A stretch of DNA of 64,000 bases from Haplodiscus bocki (GCA_965655095.1 OZ296658.1:34534001-34598000); one strand, 5' to 3'. Counted from the stretch's first letter, positions 35,901 through 50,073 are shown. Notes: generated from the letters alone by a model not told the origin. Made by a program: numbers and translations.

Positions 35901-38900
35901 TCGACAATTCTCACAGGTAACCTCTTTGTTGTGATTCAGGCTAGATAATTCAGTTAGTACAGTTCACAAGAACAACCTGAAGTGAACATAAAGATTGTAG
36001 CAACTTGACTCTAGCAATGCGAAAAAAGTAAAGGAGATAAAAATTTAAAAAGCGTTGCTCGTTACCTTATGCCATATACGCGTAGAAGATTAAAGATAAA
36101 TCTGATTCACATGACAATAAAAAAAGGGATAGTCATTTTTCTATACCTCGCAGCCCACATCTAGTCATATGAGAAAGTAATTCAAACAAACATTTCCTAG
36201 TCGCACGTGTAGACAGTTTATTTGAGAAAGTTAGTCATATCGGCCGAGTTCCTGCAAGAGAGCGACAACCTATCTGCAAAAACTTTTCAATTGGAACAAA
36301 ATAGAATGACAAGAAGACAGATTGTCTGAGGGACTTGTTCACTTTAACTACTTGTCCTCATCAGGTTACATATTGAATCAACATTCCAAGCGGAACATCT
36401 AGTTTTGCTTTACCACTAGACCAGAATTTCACAATTGATCATCGAAAAAAGAATAATTGATACTAATTGCTTAAAACAAAAACGGTGCCAGTATAGAAAA
36501 AGCTCAAATATGAAAACATTAACCAATTCGAATCGCTTGTTCCACTACACCGCTGATGATGTCGGTTTGGGTGCAATACTGATTGAAAGCCGTACATGTA
36601 TGTCAGAGAGCAACTTCCAAATGTGACTAGACTCTTTTCATTTTACGAAAAAACACCTGAAAAATTTGCACAAATCGTACGAAGATAGTATTTCTTAAGA
36701 AGACGCAGTCGATATTTCATAATCGCATGACTGATTAACTCGAGTCAATAAAAGCTACAAAAGTGTTTTTGCAATCAAAGTGTTCCTTTTTGTTACGTAT
36801 AGACTCAACAACGATGTTTTTTTGAAAAGAACGTCTCTATTACTCGAAAAGAAAAAAAACTTTTCTACTAGACAACTTGTGCGATTTTCTAAAGGTTCAT
36901 GAACGAGATAGCAGTTCGTCACCGTTTTTGTTGACTGAATGTTAAGATTGAGGTTAGGTGCATGATATCCAGAGTCAAGCACTGAGTCAAACAAGAGTGA
37001 GACAGAAGATGTTGATGTTTTCCTTTCGTTAACTCTACAAGTAGTCACCGGATTTTGCATATATCAAGTCCGCACATAGGAAAAAGTGGGTAACCACAAC
37101 GAAAACAAAATTATAGTCCTCGTGTAAATGTGAACAGAAACTTTTCATTTAAAGGCGAAAACTCTCATTTGTTCGAAGAAAGTTTTCTGGGTTGGATTCT
37201 TCATGGTGTTTTGAGAGGGAACTTTATGGAAAATATATGTGTTGGAGCTATGTTGGAATCTATCATTCGAAGTCATTTTTTTTACAAAATTCCAAATCCC
37301 ACGGTTGCAAGTTTTCGATTCAAAATCTGACGAGTTGTTGAAAATTCAACTCGAATCTCGGCCTTCAATAAAAAATCTTTAATTCAAAATGTGGTTGCCA
37401 AAAAATATTTTGAATTCAAGTTCTGAGGCGCTGTAGAAAATTTGAATCATTATCTGATGCAACCTAATAAATATAAATCAGAACATGGTTTTCAGCCGAT
37501 TTTCAGGCTTACAATAACTGCTGATTTTTGTTCCCGACTCCAAAGAAAACCACTTGTACAGAGTAGAAACAAAGGACATCGTTTGTTTAGAAATTAGCCA
37601 CCACTTACATGTTCTAAAGTATAGTCTAAATTATAACGCTCCTTCATGTACTGTTTTCTGTAAATGAGAAAAGTATTGCTACACAGTCTATTGCAAATTT
37701 TGGTGGAATAAGTCGAACCAAAAGCTCTTGGTCTTTTCTTTTCCACTCAAGTCAGGATTATTTCGATGACTGGAGGTAATTCAAAACTTGTTTTTCGAAG
37801 TAAAATCAATCTCGGGATTTTATCATGTTGTACGTTAGTTGACTCAAAAACCTTTTCTCTGAAACTTTACGCTGATTCAACTTGAAGGCCAAATTTTATC
37901 AGACATTGAAAACCCTAAACCAAATGAATAATCTCCGTGCCTAAAATGGACAACCTATACTCTTAGAAAAAATTTATGTGTAAGTTTCAAGGCTGATACA
38001 GAGAAGTTAGAGGTTGTTGTATACTCTTACGGAAACAATTTATACCTCAATGAGATAGGACTTGACCTGAAATGAGCAAAATGGCAGACTCTTTTAGCAA
38101 AATGAATATAACTTTTGAGTTACGTTGACAATTCTTTTCAAACAGTGCTGTGTACTGGATGAAAAACTATACTTAAATGCAACAAAAATTATCAAAATTG
38201 TGTGTTCTTTTGCTAGTGGACATTTTTCGACATTACTAGGAACTGAATTTCCCATTTGAAACTACTAAGTCTCGCAAAACCCATTTCATCGTGCATTTTG
38301 TTGTTGGAACTAAAAAATCTCTGTATGTCAGATAGACCAAAATTATCTTTGGGCGGTATCATTGATATGGAGACTGGTTTTTGGACTTTTTCAAACTCCA
38401 AAGTCATCAGACTACATGCAGAACTGCACGAAGCTAATGAACCACTTTGTCGGTCACATGCTGGCAAAGGATATAGAAAACTTTAAATAAGTGCATGTGG
38501 TGAAATATAAAATTTGATTGGTCTGTTGTTGCTGTCTCGACCACTCTGCTGCTTTTACGTAAAGCTATTTCTGCGTTCTTTATCATTTTTTGAACTGTCA
38601 ACTTTTGAAAAACTATATCTTGCGTTTTCCTTATTATCAGGCTGGCAGATGAAAACGTCATTGGCGTATTGGGAGATTTTTTTGGTTTGATCGTTTAGAG
38701 AAATTTATTGTGTCCTCAACGAAAAAAAAACCCACAAAACAATTATTTTGGTATACAAAAAAATTGCAACTATTTTTTTGGAACAGTGGAATTTGAGAGT
38801 ACAGTGAGCTCCAAAACATTCTTCCCGAAGACAGTATGCAAAATATTCCATACATATAAGTTTGCAAAAAGATCACAAAAAGGCAAAATTCTGAGTTTAA

Positions 38901-38949
38901 TTATTAAAACAGAGTTGTTAATTCTGCATGATTGTTGTTGCCCCTAAAG

Positions 38950-39690
38950 GCGAGATCTTGTAGATCCTAAAGCAGAAGAGAAACTGAAGATGTGGTCGAA
39001 AAACTAATTCCCACACAAAATTGCGCCTGATTGCACTGAGCACAACGCGAAATTTTTCGGCACCGTGACAATGCTGCCTTTAAAGCTATACTTTTTGTTT
39101 TGTGAAATGTATTGTCCACCTCCACGTATCAAGAGTTTTAAGTTGAAAGAGCGGTACAAAATACCTGTTGATCTGTGACGACTCGTGTGAAGAGATTTGA
39201 ACTGAAATGTTTTTGTTAGTGTTTTGGTAGATTGATTGTTACAGAGAAAACCACAATTTGTTCCATCAAATTAGACTAGGTTGGGAAATTGAACTCCAAA
39301 ACACGAACCTTGTTTTCGTCGGACCTATCCGTCGTGCGTTGCAATTCACTGCGCTAAGTACACAGTGTCGGATCAGAGCTAGTCGGTTGCTATCGAGACT
39401 AAATATCCGTTGAAGTGGTCATTTATTGATTGACTAGTCACCACGAGCAGACCACATACAAACAACGGATCCATTCCCCAAATTCCTATACCCTCGAAAG
39501 AATGAAGCAATTAATGTTTTTGGACGATGAGCGGAAAAGAATTATTCTACTCTCCATCTCCATTTGTTCCCACTAAGGAACAAATAATCTTCTCCCGTCT
39601 TGTTCAAAAGAGTTGATCAGATTTCGATGAGGGTGCACAAAAAATCCGCTGTAACAAAACATACAATTATCAAAAGACAGCACGTAGTAG
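38950..39690 (+). pseudogene. A32/FtsK-type packaging ATPase remnant
   Basis: Walker B region GTKYLLICDDSCEEI (~39150-39198), then FHQIRLGWEIELQNTNLVF and GHLLID*SPR. Confidence 0.7.
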
Positions 39691-40089
39691 AGTTTCGAAA
39701 TAGTCTCTTAAAAACTAACGATTGGAAAACAATTTGGTATCGGAAAAAACTTTACAGCTAAAAAAGTCAATGTTTTCCCCGTCCGTACCTTTTTTGGCCT
39801 GATAAGGAGCAGTTTGTTTTCAGTCCCCTTTTTGATTACAACTCGAGTTTGACTACGCAATAAATTTGGCAGTAGTTACTTCCGAAAAATTCACCTCAAA
39901 AAGGATGGTTTAGAAGCTGGAGTTTTATTCTCTTTTTTTTTTTCAATCAGCAGCTGCGTTGTTAAAAAGGCAGATGTTCTACGAATTTACTTTATTTGAC
40001 GCTACTAAAATGTCTTCAGCTTTAGTTCTGAAACAAAAAGCTAAAACCCAAAAGAGAGGAACCTGGGTCCCATCCAAAATCTCAATGGC

Positions 40090-40990
40090 AGAAGCTGCAA
40101 GGGTTTTAGAAACAAGTTGATGCACCTTATGCGTTTGCACACAATTTAGTGAAATCTAGCAATCGAAAAGCATCAAGCTTGACACATCTTTTGCATTCAA
40201 ATCTTTGTACAAAAAGTTAACTCAGGCCACACGCGAATTGAGGAGATTAGTAATTTTTGCTAGTTTCAGAAACATCATTTGTTGCGTGGATCTGTTATTT
40301 GTGACAAACTAGGAAAACATAACGGTCAAAATTGTTTACTGGTTCGTTGAGAATAGTTTGACAGAATGCTGGATGCAGAAGGGATAAAAAAACTACCAGA
40401 GAAACTGTTTGAGCCTCTTTAACCATGAATACAAAAAAATCGAACCAAAAACGTTGAGAAATCGAACTTTCGGTTGAAAGAGATACGGATTCTGTGCGAA
40501 TTTTGGAAACCTTTCATTGTTGAAATATTAAAAGTTTATTTTTTTTCTGAGGGAGACTAAAGTTGCACTCGCTGAGAGTTCAAAGCAATCATTTAAAACG
40601 TTTCTTGACTGTTACAATGAAGACCATGGTTACAATACAATCAGAAGATTGCTCAGATCATCACAACTCCTAATCCTACAGAAAATTGTTCGAAAGACCT
40701 AATTCTAAGAGAAGGCAAAAACTCCAGTTTTTTCCTTCCTCAACAGAAAACCATCGTGAGAATATAGGAACCACATACTTCATATCGCAGACAGAGTTCG
40801 CATCTCCTAGTATGAGTTACTTTTCAGAAAAAGCTCCGAGCCGCAGTTTAGACAAAAACGAAATTGTTTCCGAAATTGTTGCAAATTTTTCTAGAAAAGA
40901 ACCAGAATACACACTAAAGGATGAACAAGATGAGATTATACTTGGTTGGTTTCATAAGAATGAAGAAAAAGGCTTCAAAAAAGACCTTGA
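40090..40990 (+). pseudogene. Polinton rve-type integrase remnant
   Basis: NGQNCLLVR*E*FDRMLDAEGIK, TKVALAES, and C-terminal EIVANFSRKEPEYTLKDEQDEIILGWF (within track ORF 40686-41105). Confidence 0.6.
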
Positions 40991-41014
40991 TCATGTTCAT
41001 GTAAGGCCAAGGTC

Positions 41015-41790
41015 GTTTAAAATAGAATTGGTTCCTACTAGATATGCACAATTAATTCCAGACATAAGACGCAGCTACTATACAAACTTTTTGAGGAGGA
41101 ACTGAATCTGGATAGGCATCGTGCAGTTAGAATTTTGGAATTGTCCTAATCATCAATGTTCTAATTGTTGCCTTGGAATTTCTTGTTTTTCGATATTATA
41201 GTTTGAAACCAGTCCAAAGTTCTTTTTCCTCAACCCAGTGTTTACTCTTCCATTACTGATATTGTGGAAGCACTGAATACGCTGATTTAGGAGAGACACC
41301 ATTACACAGAGCGTTGTATAACAGTTAAAGTGTCTCGAAGGTTGCATAAACTTGAGGTTTACCTTGCAAATACGGGTATGGTCTTGGATTCAAAAATATG
41401 GCCCTGGAACATTTTTATGGTAGCAGTCTGGGCAATGAATTTAGCGTAATTTTGGAAGGAAAAGGAAATCACCAGCTGGATTGTTTAGCGGCATTGCCCG
41501 GATACATTGTCTCATAATGCTACACAGACTTGATGAGTAAAATATTGTTGGTGATACAAAGGCTCCTTTGCTGCGTCGCTTTTTTTTATTTCAGAGCTGA
41601 GAATTGCAACGACTGGACAAGAATTGAAGTACCAATAATTCAGTAATCTACAATTTAGGCCACTGATCAATTTTTTTGTCAAAACATTCACGCTGACTTG
41701 AGAGACACGAGCAGTGAAAGTTATCATTTGTATCAGTCGGTATCACCTGACTTAGCTTGATGCTTAGAAGGACATTCAAAAGCTGTTTTT
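41015..41790 (+). pseudogene. Minor capsid (penton) protein remnant
   Basis: FKIELV..YTNFL at the start, then SSITDIVEALNTLI, IVGDTKAPLLR and DLRDTSSE, resembling Polinton penton motifs. Confidence 0.6.
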
Positions 41791-41829
41791 TTGGAAAAGT
41801 ATACTACAAAATGATTGATTCAAGACAAG

Positions 41830-42130
41830 TAACGTTTCCATAGTAAAGATACACCGGTTGACAGCGTGGAACGGTATTTCACACAAGTTAATGGGAGATC
41901 AGTATTTCCATTTTTTTGCGTTGAAAAGTAATCCTAGCTGCAAAAATTGTCGGTGCTTTCATGTTCGAGTTCACTGCGCAAGAAACCACCTGGGTCTTAA
42001 AGGATAGGCAATATTTCAAAAGACCTGCAAAGTGCGTGGGAAAGCAAAGCTTGAACAAACAGCTGGTCCGGCGTAGCAAGGAGAGGAAAATCATTCCATC
42101 AAAATCTGCTAAATAAACCACGCGGTCGAG
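41830..42130 (+). pseudogene. Basic core/pVII-like protein remnant
   Basis: ILAAKIVGAFMFEF and FKRPAKCVGKQSLNKQL, between penton and major capsid as expected. Confidence 0.4.
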
Positions 42131-42199
42131 TAAAGGAAGTTTCAGAAAACTTTTCCGTGGAACATGTCATCTCAAAATTTTTCTTTGGTAACAGGCTTC

Positions 42200-43620
42200 T
42201 GTGCCAGCTTTTGGAAACTTTAGAGGAAATGCTCAGTATTTATTTTTTTTCTCGTCTTGTGGAAAAGACTTCACCGCACTACTTCACGTCATGAAAAATG
42301 AATCGAGTTTGAAGTTCAAACGGATCGGAACTATTACGTTGATTTGAAACGGTACTCCATTGCTTCGAAACTGAAATTGGTCAAAGCTGGTGATTACGAA
42401 TTTTACATTACCAAAAAATAGGAGGAGCACAAGGAAGAATCAAAAGAAGCTGCAGCAGACAAGGAAATTGACGAAAATACTCCAGCTTCTGTAAATACTC
42501 ATGTACCCACTTTTGCTTCCGATTTCTTTCGAAAGTTGAGGTGCTCATGGAATTTTAGCTCTTCATACCTATCAAATGTATTGTATGCGCATAAGTATTT
42601 CATCTCCATTTTTTAGGGAGTCTGTCTGATTACAGGGGAACTTGACACTGTGTAGGGTTAGACTACGAAGAATCTCCTGATGAGATTGTTAACGCAACCC
42701 TATCTCAACCTTTNNNNNNNNNNNNNNNNNNNNNNNNNNNNNNNNNNNNNNNNNNNNNNNNNNNNNNNNNNNNNNNNNNNNNNNNNNNNNNNNNNNNNNN
42801 NNNNNNNNNNNNNNNNNNNNNNNNNNNNNNNNNNNNNNNNNNNNNNNNNNNNNNNNNNNNNNNNATGGTCTTGGCTTGTGTGGCAAATCGGGAGTTGACT
42901 TCTTCTCCACTTGGTCACTGCTATGTCCAAATTCGAAAAAGGGACTGTGAATAATCAGAACCGACCACCGAACCCGATAGTTACATGTTTAGCGACAACC
43001 GAAACATTGCTATTGTAATTGTTGATTAATTTACACACGACGTATTGCTCCCACGAACGGTTATCACAAAAAAAGAATGGCCTTGCTTGCATAGACTCCC
43101 GTTGGCACAAATACTTGGAAGCTTTACTTTGGCAAAAAAATTGTCATCACTGCCAGACAAAACCAGTTTTTTCAAGAAAACATCGGCTCCAGTTCTTCGA
43201 ATCGCCCTTGCATTGAATACAAACTCGGCATTCACTGGATCCTATACTGAAAATCCATTCTGGTATCGGAAGTTCAATCTCGGACAAACTGGAGTACTCA
43301 GAGGACGTCAGCCATTCGTAAACTTTGATTGATAATTCTCGCTTTTATGTTGCGACAATGAAAGCGTTGAACTTTCAAGAGGATTTCCGCTCAATTACTA
43401 AATATACTTTCAAAGAGCACCAAGTGTTTGTGTTTGATTTGACTCCAATGCAGGAAGCTACTGAAAAATCGAAATACCTACAACAAGTTGGAGAACGACT
43501 GAACCTGGTGCCCAATTCACCTTCCCTTTAGAACACATCACTGGACTCGATGCATTATGAAAACGAATGTCTTTGGTTGCAGTTAACAACTTTGGCACTG
43601 CTGAAAAGAATATTAAAATT
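42200..43620 (+). pseudogene. Major capsid protein (double jelly-roll) remnant, spanning the assembly gap
   Basis: IEFEVQTDRNYYVDLK near 42300; APVLRIALALNTNSAFTGSYTENPFWYRKFNL; FYVATMKALNFQED; VFVFDLTPMQEATE. Confidence 0.7.
42714..42864. other. Assembly gap (151 N)
   Basis: Run of N in the sequence. Confidence 1.
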
Positions 43621-43624
43621 GGAG

Positions 43625-43900
43625 AATGTTGCTTTCCAACAATTGTTGAATCGCATCAGTGTACACAAGCATCGGTAATTCTGGTTCATTACCTTCAGAC
43701 TATGTTCCAACTCTTCCCTCTTCCGAATGAGACTTTTGTCGTTATAATTTCGCAACTCATCAAAACGCAAGGAAAGTTTTGGTTACTGATTGCAGACTCT
43801 CGCCATAATTTTTTTCTGCCGACGCCCTCGGACTTGAAAATTTAGTCTCGTGGAGTAATACTTCAAGCAGACGATGCCAGAGCCACTGCTGTCCTATCCC
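43625..43900 (+). pseudogene. Adenain-like cysteine protease remnant
   Basis: LPNETFVVIISQLIKTQGKFWLLIADSRH resembles the Polinton protease pattern F.IIN.......GEHW; it follows the major capsid gene. Confidence 0.5.
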
Positions 43901-46900
43901 AGCTTTTCCAATTTTTAAGCAAACTATGCAACTTCTCTTCAAGTTACGGCAGTAACGGCAGGCGTAATATTCAGTTCCGCACCGTAAAAATTGTCTGCCG
44001 GGTCACTGCCACTCTAGTAAAAACGGTTTTTCTTGAAAACCCCACCAAGCCAAAAACCATCACTGACATCGCCAGCCATTAAAAACACTTGAGGGAGGGC
44101 TGAAGAAATATCTCTGCTCTGGGCTCCTATAACCTTTCCTAATACATTAGTGTCTTCAACCCAAATTGCCTGTCTGACTTCCCTATTTACTACTAGAGCC
44201 AGTTCAATTAGCTGTCTCAATATCTGCCAAACACACTCACTTCGACCCACCTATCTCTTTAACTTGATTGTTTTGCTTCTGCCAAACAAATACATCTTGA
44301 TACAATAAGCTCACATTGTGACATAGGAACCGAATAAGGTTATGGAAACTTGAACGCACTTTCTACCCACGATTTAGCTTTCGGAGCATACAGCTTGTTT
44401 CAAGAAAAGAGTGGTCATCCTCACAGACGTCATCAGCTCACTCTTCTACTACTGTTGCAATTTTTTTCCTGACAAAATGGGGAGTCAACGCTGAACGGCG
44501 TTAAATTTTCCTGAAAAACCGCTGAACAGTTTTGATTATTTGAACTCATATTTATAATTTTTTATTAAACTGGCAAACTCCAAACTTATTACGGTCGACA
44601 CAAGTTTTTTGTGGTATCGTTCACGACTCGCCTGATTTGCCTAATAGCGAAATTGTTCCTTAGGTTGTCTGACTTGAATCTGGTGTCAACTTTTGATTTC
44701 TAGTTTCTCGTATTTATTTATTCCTTCAAACGTGTCGAATTTCTTGAAAGCGAAATTCCAAAACCGGCGTGCAAATTGTTTTATTTGCTACCAAAACCTC
44801 CGAAAATCTATTTGTGTTAGGAAACTCACTTCTGTGTGAAAGGATTGAATATGTCTTATTTTTATGCGATAAAATACGACGTTTCTTTCGAAAATCAGAG
44901 GGTTAGAGTTGTACTTCTTTCGAGAGTAGTATTCTTAATAATTAGGTGTTGCATCTAGTGCACATTGAAAAACACTGGCACTGCGGACTTTTTGGTGAAG
45001 AACAGGACTTGTCTGGACTTCACTTTTCCTGGGATACAACTGAATTTTGATTGAAAACCACTTTTTTTCAACCTGTGGCTTTCATTGAGCATTCTTTCTG
45101 GAAGGTTACCAACCGGACAGTAAATATGTAATACTAAATCAATTTCTAATCAAGCTAAATTGTTAGGCGTCAACAGTTCTTTTCGCTGTTTTTTTGCGCG
45201 AATTATCTGATGTTGTTTTTGAAAATCATACGAACTTCAAATTCGCTTTTTTAAACATTTTCATTACGTCGTTTTCATACTTTCAGAGAGAATCCCTGTT
45301 TTGGAAGGTTTGGTGGTTTTAAAACTCGCTTTCTCAGCTGAATCTGCATGATTTTCTATCACAGTTACTTTGTTCTGAGGAAGAGTGAAAATTATTGTTT
45401 AGACTTTTGGAATTTCGACGGATTATAAGCAATCTTTTCTTTTTTTCTTTTCCATACTGATGTTTCCGGTTGGCAAAGAGTTCGAAACTTTGGGGTTGCT
45501 AGATTTGTGAAACTCCACTTCGTGTCCGTGTTATATTTGCAGCTAGCAAGTGTTATGTAGCAGGGTTGACAACATCTCCTCCTCTTCCGATCCGTTCAAA
45601 ACTCGTAACAAATGCGTTCTCGCTGAAAGAGTATGCTTTGCTGCTAGTGTTGAAATTTGCTCGTGCGGGGTTGCTTATTGTCAGAATTTCCATCACTTGG
45701 CCCAGTAGAAAATTAAGTTCAAAAGAAATGAGCTACTTTTATCCGTTGGAGCGGGAGGGGTTAATTGCTTCGTAGTTTTGTGTCGAACAGTGTAATTTGT
45801 AACTAGAAATATAACAATGTGGTCAGATTACGTCGATTCAGTTGTATTGGTGTCGCGAAGTAGCAGGGATTGACTGCTTCCCAGTTTTGTGACGAATAAT
45901 TTTTCTTCCGATTTCAAATATTCACTGTCAATTCAGGACATGCAATTTTGAGAAATTTCAGAGAAGCGAGAATTCCCCATGTGATACTTCTCGAGCAATT
46001 TTTTCTTCACAAAGTTCCGTTTGAAGTTCTAAGACGTTCCTACTTTGCAAACTTCTTCAATGTTGTTCATCTCGAGCAATATTGATTGGATTGTGGTCAT
46101 CCAGTGGTCTCTGAACATCCTGCAAGGTGGGGAACCTGTGAAAAAGCCGGAATGTCCGAATTCCTACCTTTCCAGCGATTTGTTTTGACTCGTTTGAGTT
46201 TAGAACTTTTTTGTTCGCTTCCATTCTTGAATTTGATTTTTTGTAAACTAATGGTTGAATTCCGGTCATCCAGTGTTCTTTTCTTATTCATGGCATCATT
46301 ATTCGGACTTGATTTTTTCTGTTTTGAGAGTCGATCGTTTTTTTTTTGCCTGTTCCTTCAAAGATGTTTTAATCGAAGGCTACAGTTAAATCGCGGCCAT
46401 CCAGTACTCATTCCAAACCAGAAGTCGGTGGAAGAACCACATGGACCTTCTTCATAGAGATGTATTTCCCATTAGCTTTTCAGTGGATTTTTTTCTTTTA
46501 AGTTCTTCTTTTGAAAACAACGACAATCAATTGAACCATTTTTGTCGGTTGGTAATTAGTTGATGCTATTGCTCATTTTCGTTCAAAGTTTATACAGCGT
46601 CATTTCTGTGTTAACTTTTCAAAATTCGTAAATAATTCGAAGTACTTGTAGTTGAAAGAGAGAGTTCGGGTAAAAGAAGCGTCCAATGGAATTCCTAATT
46701 CTTCAATCTCGTCACGGGCGAGAAGATGATAAAAACCCAATATTTGCTGTTTGTTGATACTATCAAAGTAACATAACCGCGAAAAGTTTTGACACTCATT
46801 AGTGCAATCGTTGGAGATTTGACATTTTTCAAGTTTTTCCCGCTTTTTGAATTTGTTTTTGTTAAAAAACGGAAAATGCGTTTCAGAGATACTGAGATTT

Positions 46901-48653
46901 AATTTTCATTACCAGTTTCTGTTATTTAATCTTTGTTTGACTACGGTATGATTTACATGTGAAGGAATCAGGGTAGTTTTAAAGAGAATCAGAGCTCAAC
47001 CAGCGCTATTCAGCTCTGGAAAGCGGATTTTCGGAGCAATAAATGACGCTGGTTCTCTCCAAAACACCGCCAGTCAGCGTTGGAAATTATGAATTTTTCC
47101 AAATAGCGCTGATTTGCTCTGTGACGTCAACCCGGATGGCTTCAGTTATATTGCACCTCTTCTTTTACTGCCATGTAAAACCTTACAAAAAGTCCTGTGC
47201 CGAACCTGTTTGCTTTCCGACGTTACATTAAGGAACTCTAGTTGAGGCTCTATCTTGTAAAATGAAATCCTCAATTACCGTTCTCCTCATTTTTTTGGAG
47301 TTCTTAAATGATTTTTCCATATCCCTACGATAATTACGGTGAAGTTCTGTTTTTGCTGAAAAAGTTACCATGACAATGTATTTTTTAGAGTCAGATTGTA
47401 GATTTTCCATTTCAGTCTCAAAGCTGCTGGTTCGACAATTTTTGTTCAACCCTTCCCGTTCCAAGGGGACAAGTTGCAGGTTGGGACGCAACACGGTGGA
47501 TATTGCCATAAACCAGTTTGTTAATTGCAGATCATTCAGAATTTTTGAAATTTTTGATATACTGAAAAAAGCCAACATTTCAAAGAAGGTTAAAATTCTC
47601 GGATAGATTGGTCTACGGCAGGTTAGAAAAATTTCCTGCCATTGTGATGCGGAGTTACTTTCATCCTCATGCAACGCGCATGTGAAATCTTCTTACATGT
47701 GGTCTGTAAGAAAAATGGTCAGCTCTCGTAGGTAGTTTTATCTATGCCATTTTGGCAGTGAAGTCTCTGCCACTTGGCTTTTATAGATGGTAAAAATTGT
47801 TTCGAACCAACTTTGGAAAAATTGTAGGAAAAGTCTCCGAGTCTTCAATTCTACTTACCGCAGAGTAAGTTTCTGGTTTAACTTTTCCAGCATCCCCGAA
47901 CTTCGAGCTTCCTTCATCAACTGACTTCTTGTAGTTGGTGGGGGAGCGAAAGTGGCCGTAGGTCCGAAGAATGCCGCCATTTTGCTTTATGGGACAACCT
48001 GAAGCAATTGTTCCCTGTACAATAATTCCTTTTTTGGAATATTGGTGAAAATCTAAATGCAATTGGAGACATTGACTTATCATATATTTTATTGATTGAA
48101 AAAGGTGGCTAACGAAAATTCTGCGATTACATTCTTTCAATTGCGGATTTTTCGAATCGCTGATCTTTCAGGAAGGAGTCCCTCCGTGCAACTCTTATCT
48201 GGTTCTGCGATGTTTTATCAGCCAAAAAACCGAAAATAGATGCACTCGCAAAAAGTTATCAAATTATTTTAAGACCATTTTGTTCTTTTTCATCGACCAT
48301 GGCCGCTATACGCAAAGATTCTGCCAAAAACTTATTCTCACCTCAAAAGAAAATATTTCAATTATGAAAATAACCCCAAATGCTTTGCTGTATTTTTTGA
48401 TTTAAAAGCTCCCACTGTCCAGATTTCATTGTTCAGACGAAAAAAAAAAGCTTCTCGAAATTACGATTACCCTGTTTTTTTGGTAACCACCCGTTTTGGT
48501 TGACTTGACATGCAAATCATACTGTGCTGCTCTATAAATTGCCATACAAGAAAAACAGTTTATGGTAATGTCATTAGTTTCCTGTTTTTTTCTGTAGTCC
48601 TAGTATGGAAGGTCTCTTTTTGAAAACATGCAAACTATACTCTGTTCCATATT

Positions 48654-50073
48654 CCCGGGTTGTCAGCCATGGTCAAACATTACGATCATGCTAAATCTTG
48701 GTATGATCATGGTGATTCATACTAGCCATGGTATGATCATGGCAAGATCATGGCATGGTCATCATGAAACGTAGCATGATCATGGCATGACCGTCATAGA
48801 AAATAGCATGATCATGTCATGGTGACCATGGTCATTATTATAACGTAGTCGAGACACTAATTATCTAAACAACTGTTGATTAGTAACCAAGTGGCAGTCC
48901 TTTACTTTTTAACGCGGAATATATTGAACGAACCCATCAGAAACTACCCGAAATACATGTAACTAAAATGAATATCTCTCCCAAAATTTCGAAATCACCA
49001 AATGTAATGAAAAACTGTAAATCATGTGTTATATTCAAACTATTGTTAAAAAGAAAGTTGCTGTCTGGTTATCACTGAAGAAAACTCTATTTCTGGAGTA
49101 ATCATTGTTCAATATTGCTGACTCGGAAGTTTGGAGCCGTAACTATTTAAGGCGACTCAACTGTAGCATATAATGGTACATGAGAGAAAAGATTTGAAAA
49201 AGCATTCGCAGATAATCCTTCACTTTTCAAAAAACATTGAAAATATTCTCAGATCATATAGCTTGGCTCAACAAAATGAGACACCTAACATCCGTATTCT
49301 GTCTTTTTCAAAGATTGGAGCAAGTAATTCTATAATTTGTCCACATGCATCGATGCAACGCTGGAATCGGCCAAGTATCAAATCTATCAGCGTTTTCCGA
49401 AGTTGAAACGTGATTTTTTGCTCCGCTTTTCTCAATTTCCGATACACTGTAGATTTGGACACATTAACGTTTCTTGATTTGATGTTTGAACCTCTTGGTT
49501 TATTTGCAAAATTGTTTCAAGGGGCTACTGAGGCTTGCTTTTTGGCAAATTGAAATTTCATCATTGGATTGAAAGCCCGAGGTCTGCCACTTCCTAGCTT
49601 TCTCTTGATCGTACCCTGTAGGGTTAATTTTTTCAAGATTCAGTATAAGGTAGCCTTGGGCATTTTTGATGATTTTCGAAACTCAGCAGCATCTTTTGTA
49701 ACACAATTCTAGAGATAATCGAGTGAAATGCGTGCTTTCTCAAAATCATTTTCATGAAAATGTTCTAATTACCTGTGTCGCTGTTAAATACGACACATGC
49801 GTCCAATTTGTCTAACCGTTGACACCAGGCCGCCAACATTATGTATCAACTTAAGCGAAATCTTGATGACTTACATTTTTGCAAAAATTTGGTTTAAATT
49901 AGCAATGAGGAGTCTCATTTTTTGAACCAAGCTATACCATGATCATGGTATGAGTCATGGATAACATGGTAATCAGACCATGATCATGCTATGAATCATG
50001 GTGACCATGCCAGTAAGCATGACCGCCAAGCCATCATCAATGCATGATCATGACCATGCTTTTCCAACAATGG
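48654..50073 (-). mobile_element. Non-autonomous Tc1/mariner deletion derivative with CATG-rich subterminal repeats
   Basis: The minus strand encodes MPKATLY*ILKKLTLQGTIKRKLGSGRPR (HTH + GRPR) and VSKSTVYRKLR, followed closely by C-terminal-like RFQRCIDACG; no DDE core. CATGATCATGG-rich blocks at 48668-48832 and 49937-50058. Ends CCCGGGTTG and degenerate CCAACAATGG. Confidence 0.6.

Larger units (their letters stand above)
32230..43900. mobile_element. Fossil Polinton/Maverick (adintovirus-like) element
   Basis: Degenerate pPolB on minus, then ATPase, integrase, penton, core, major capsid and protease on plus, which is the canonical Polinton gene set. Termini were not identified. Confidence 0.75.

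Noticed and set aside
40686-41105. 139-aa ORF as a single real gene
   Set aside because: It is a chance fusion of the decayed integrase C-terminus and the penton N-terminus.
42680-42930. Three ORFs spanning the N run
   Set aside because: Artefacts of translating through an assembly gap.
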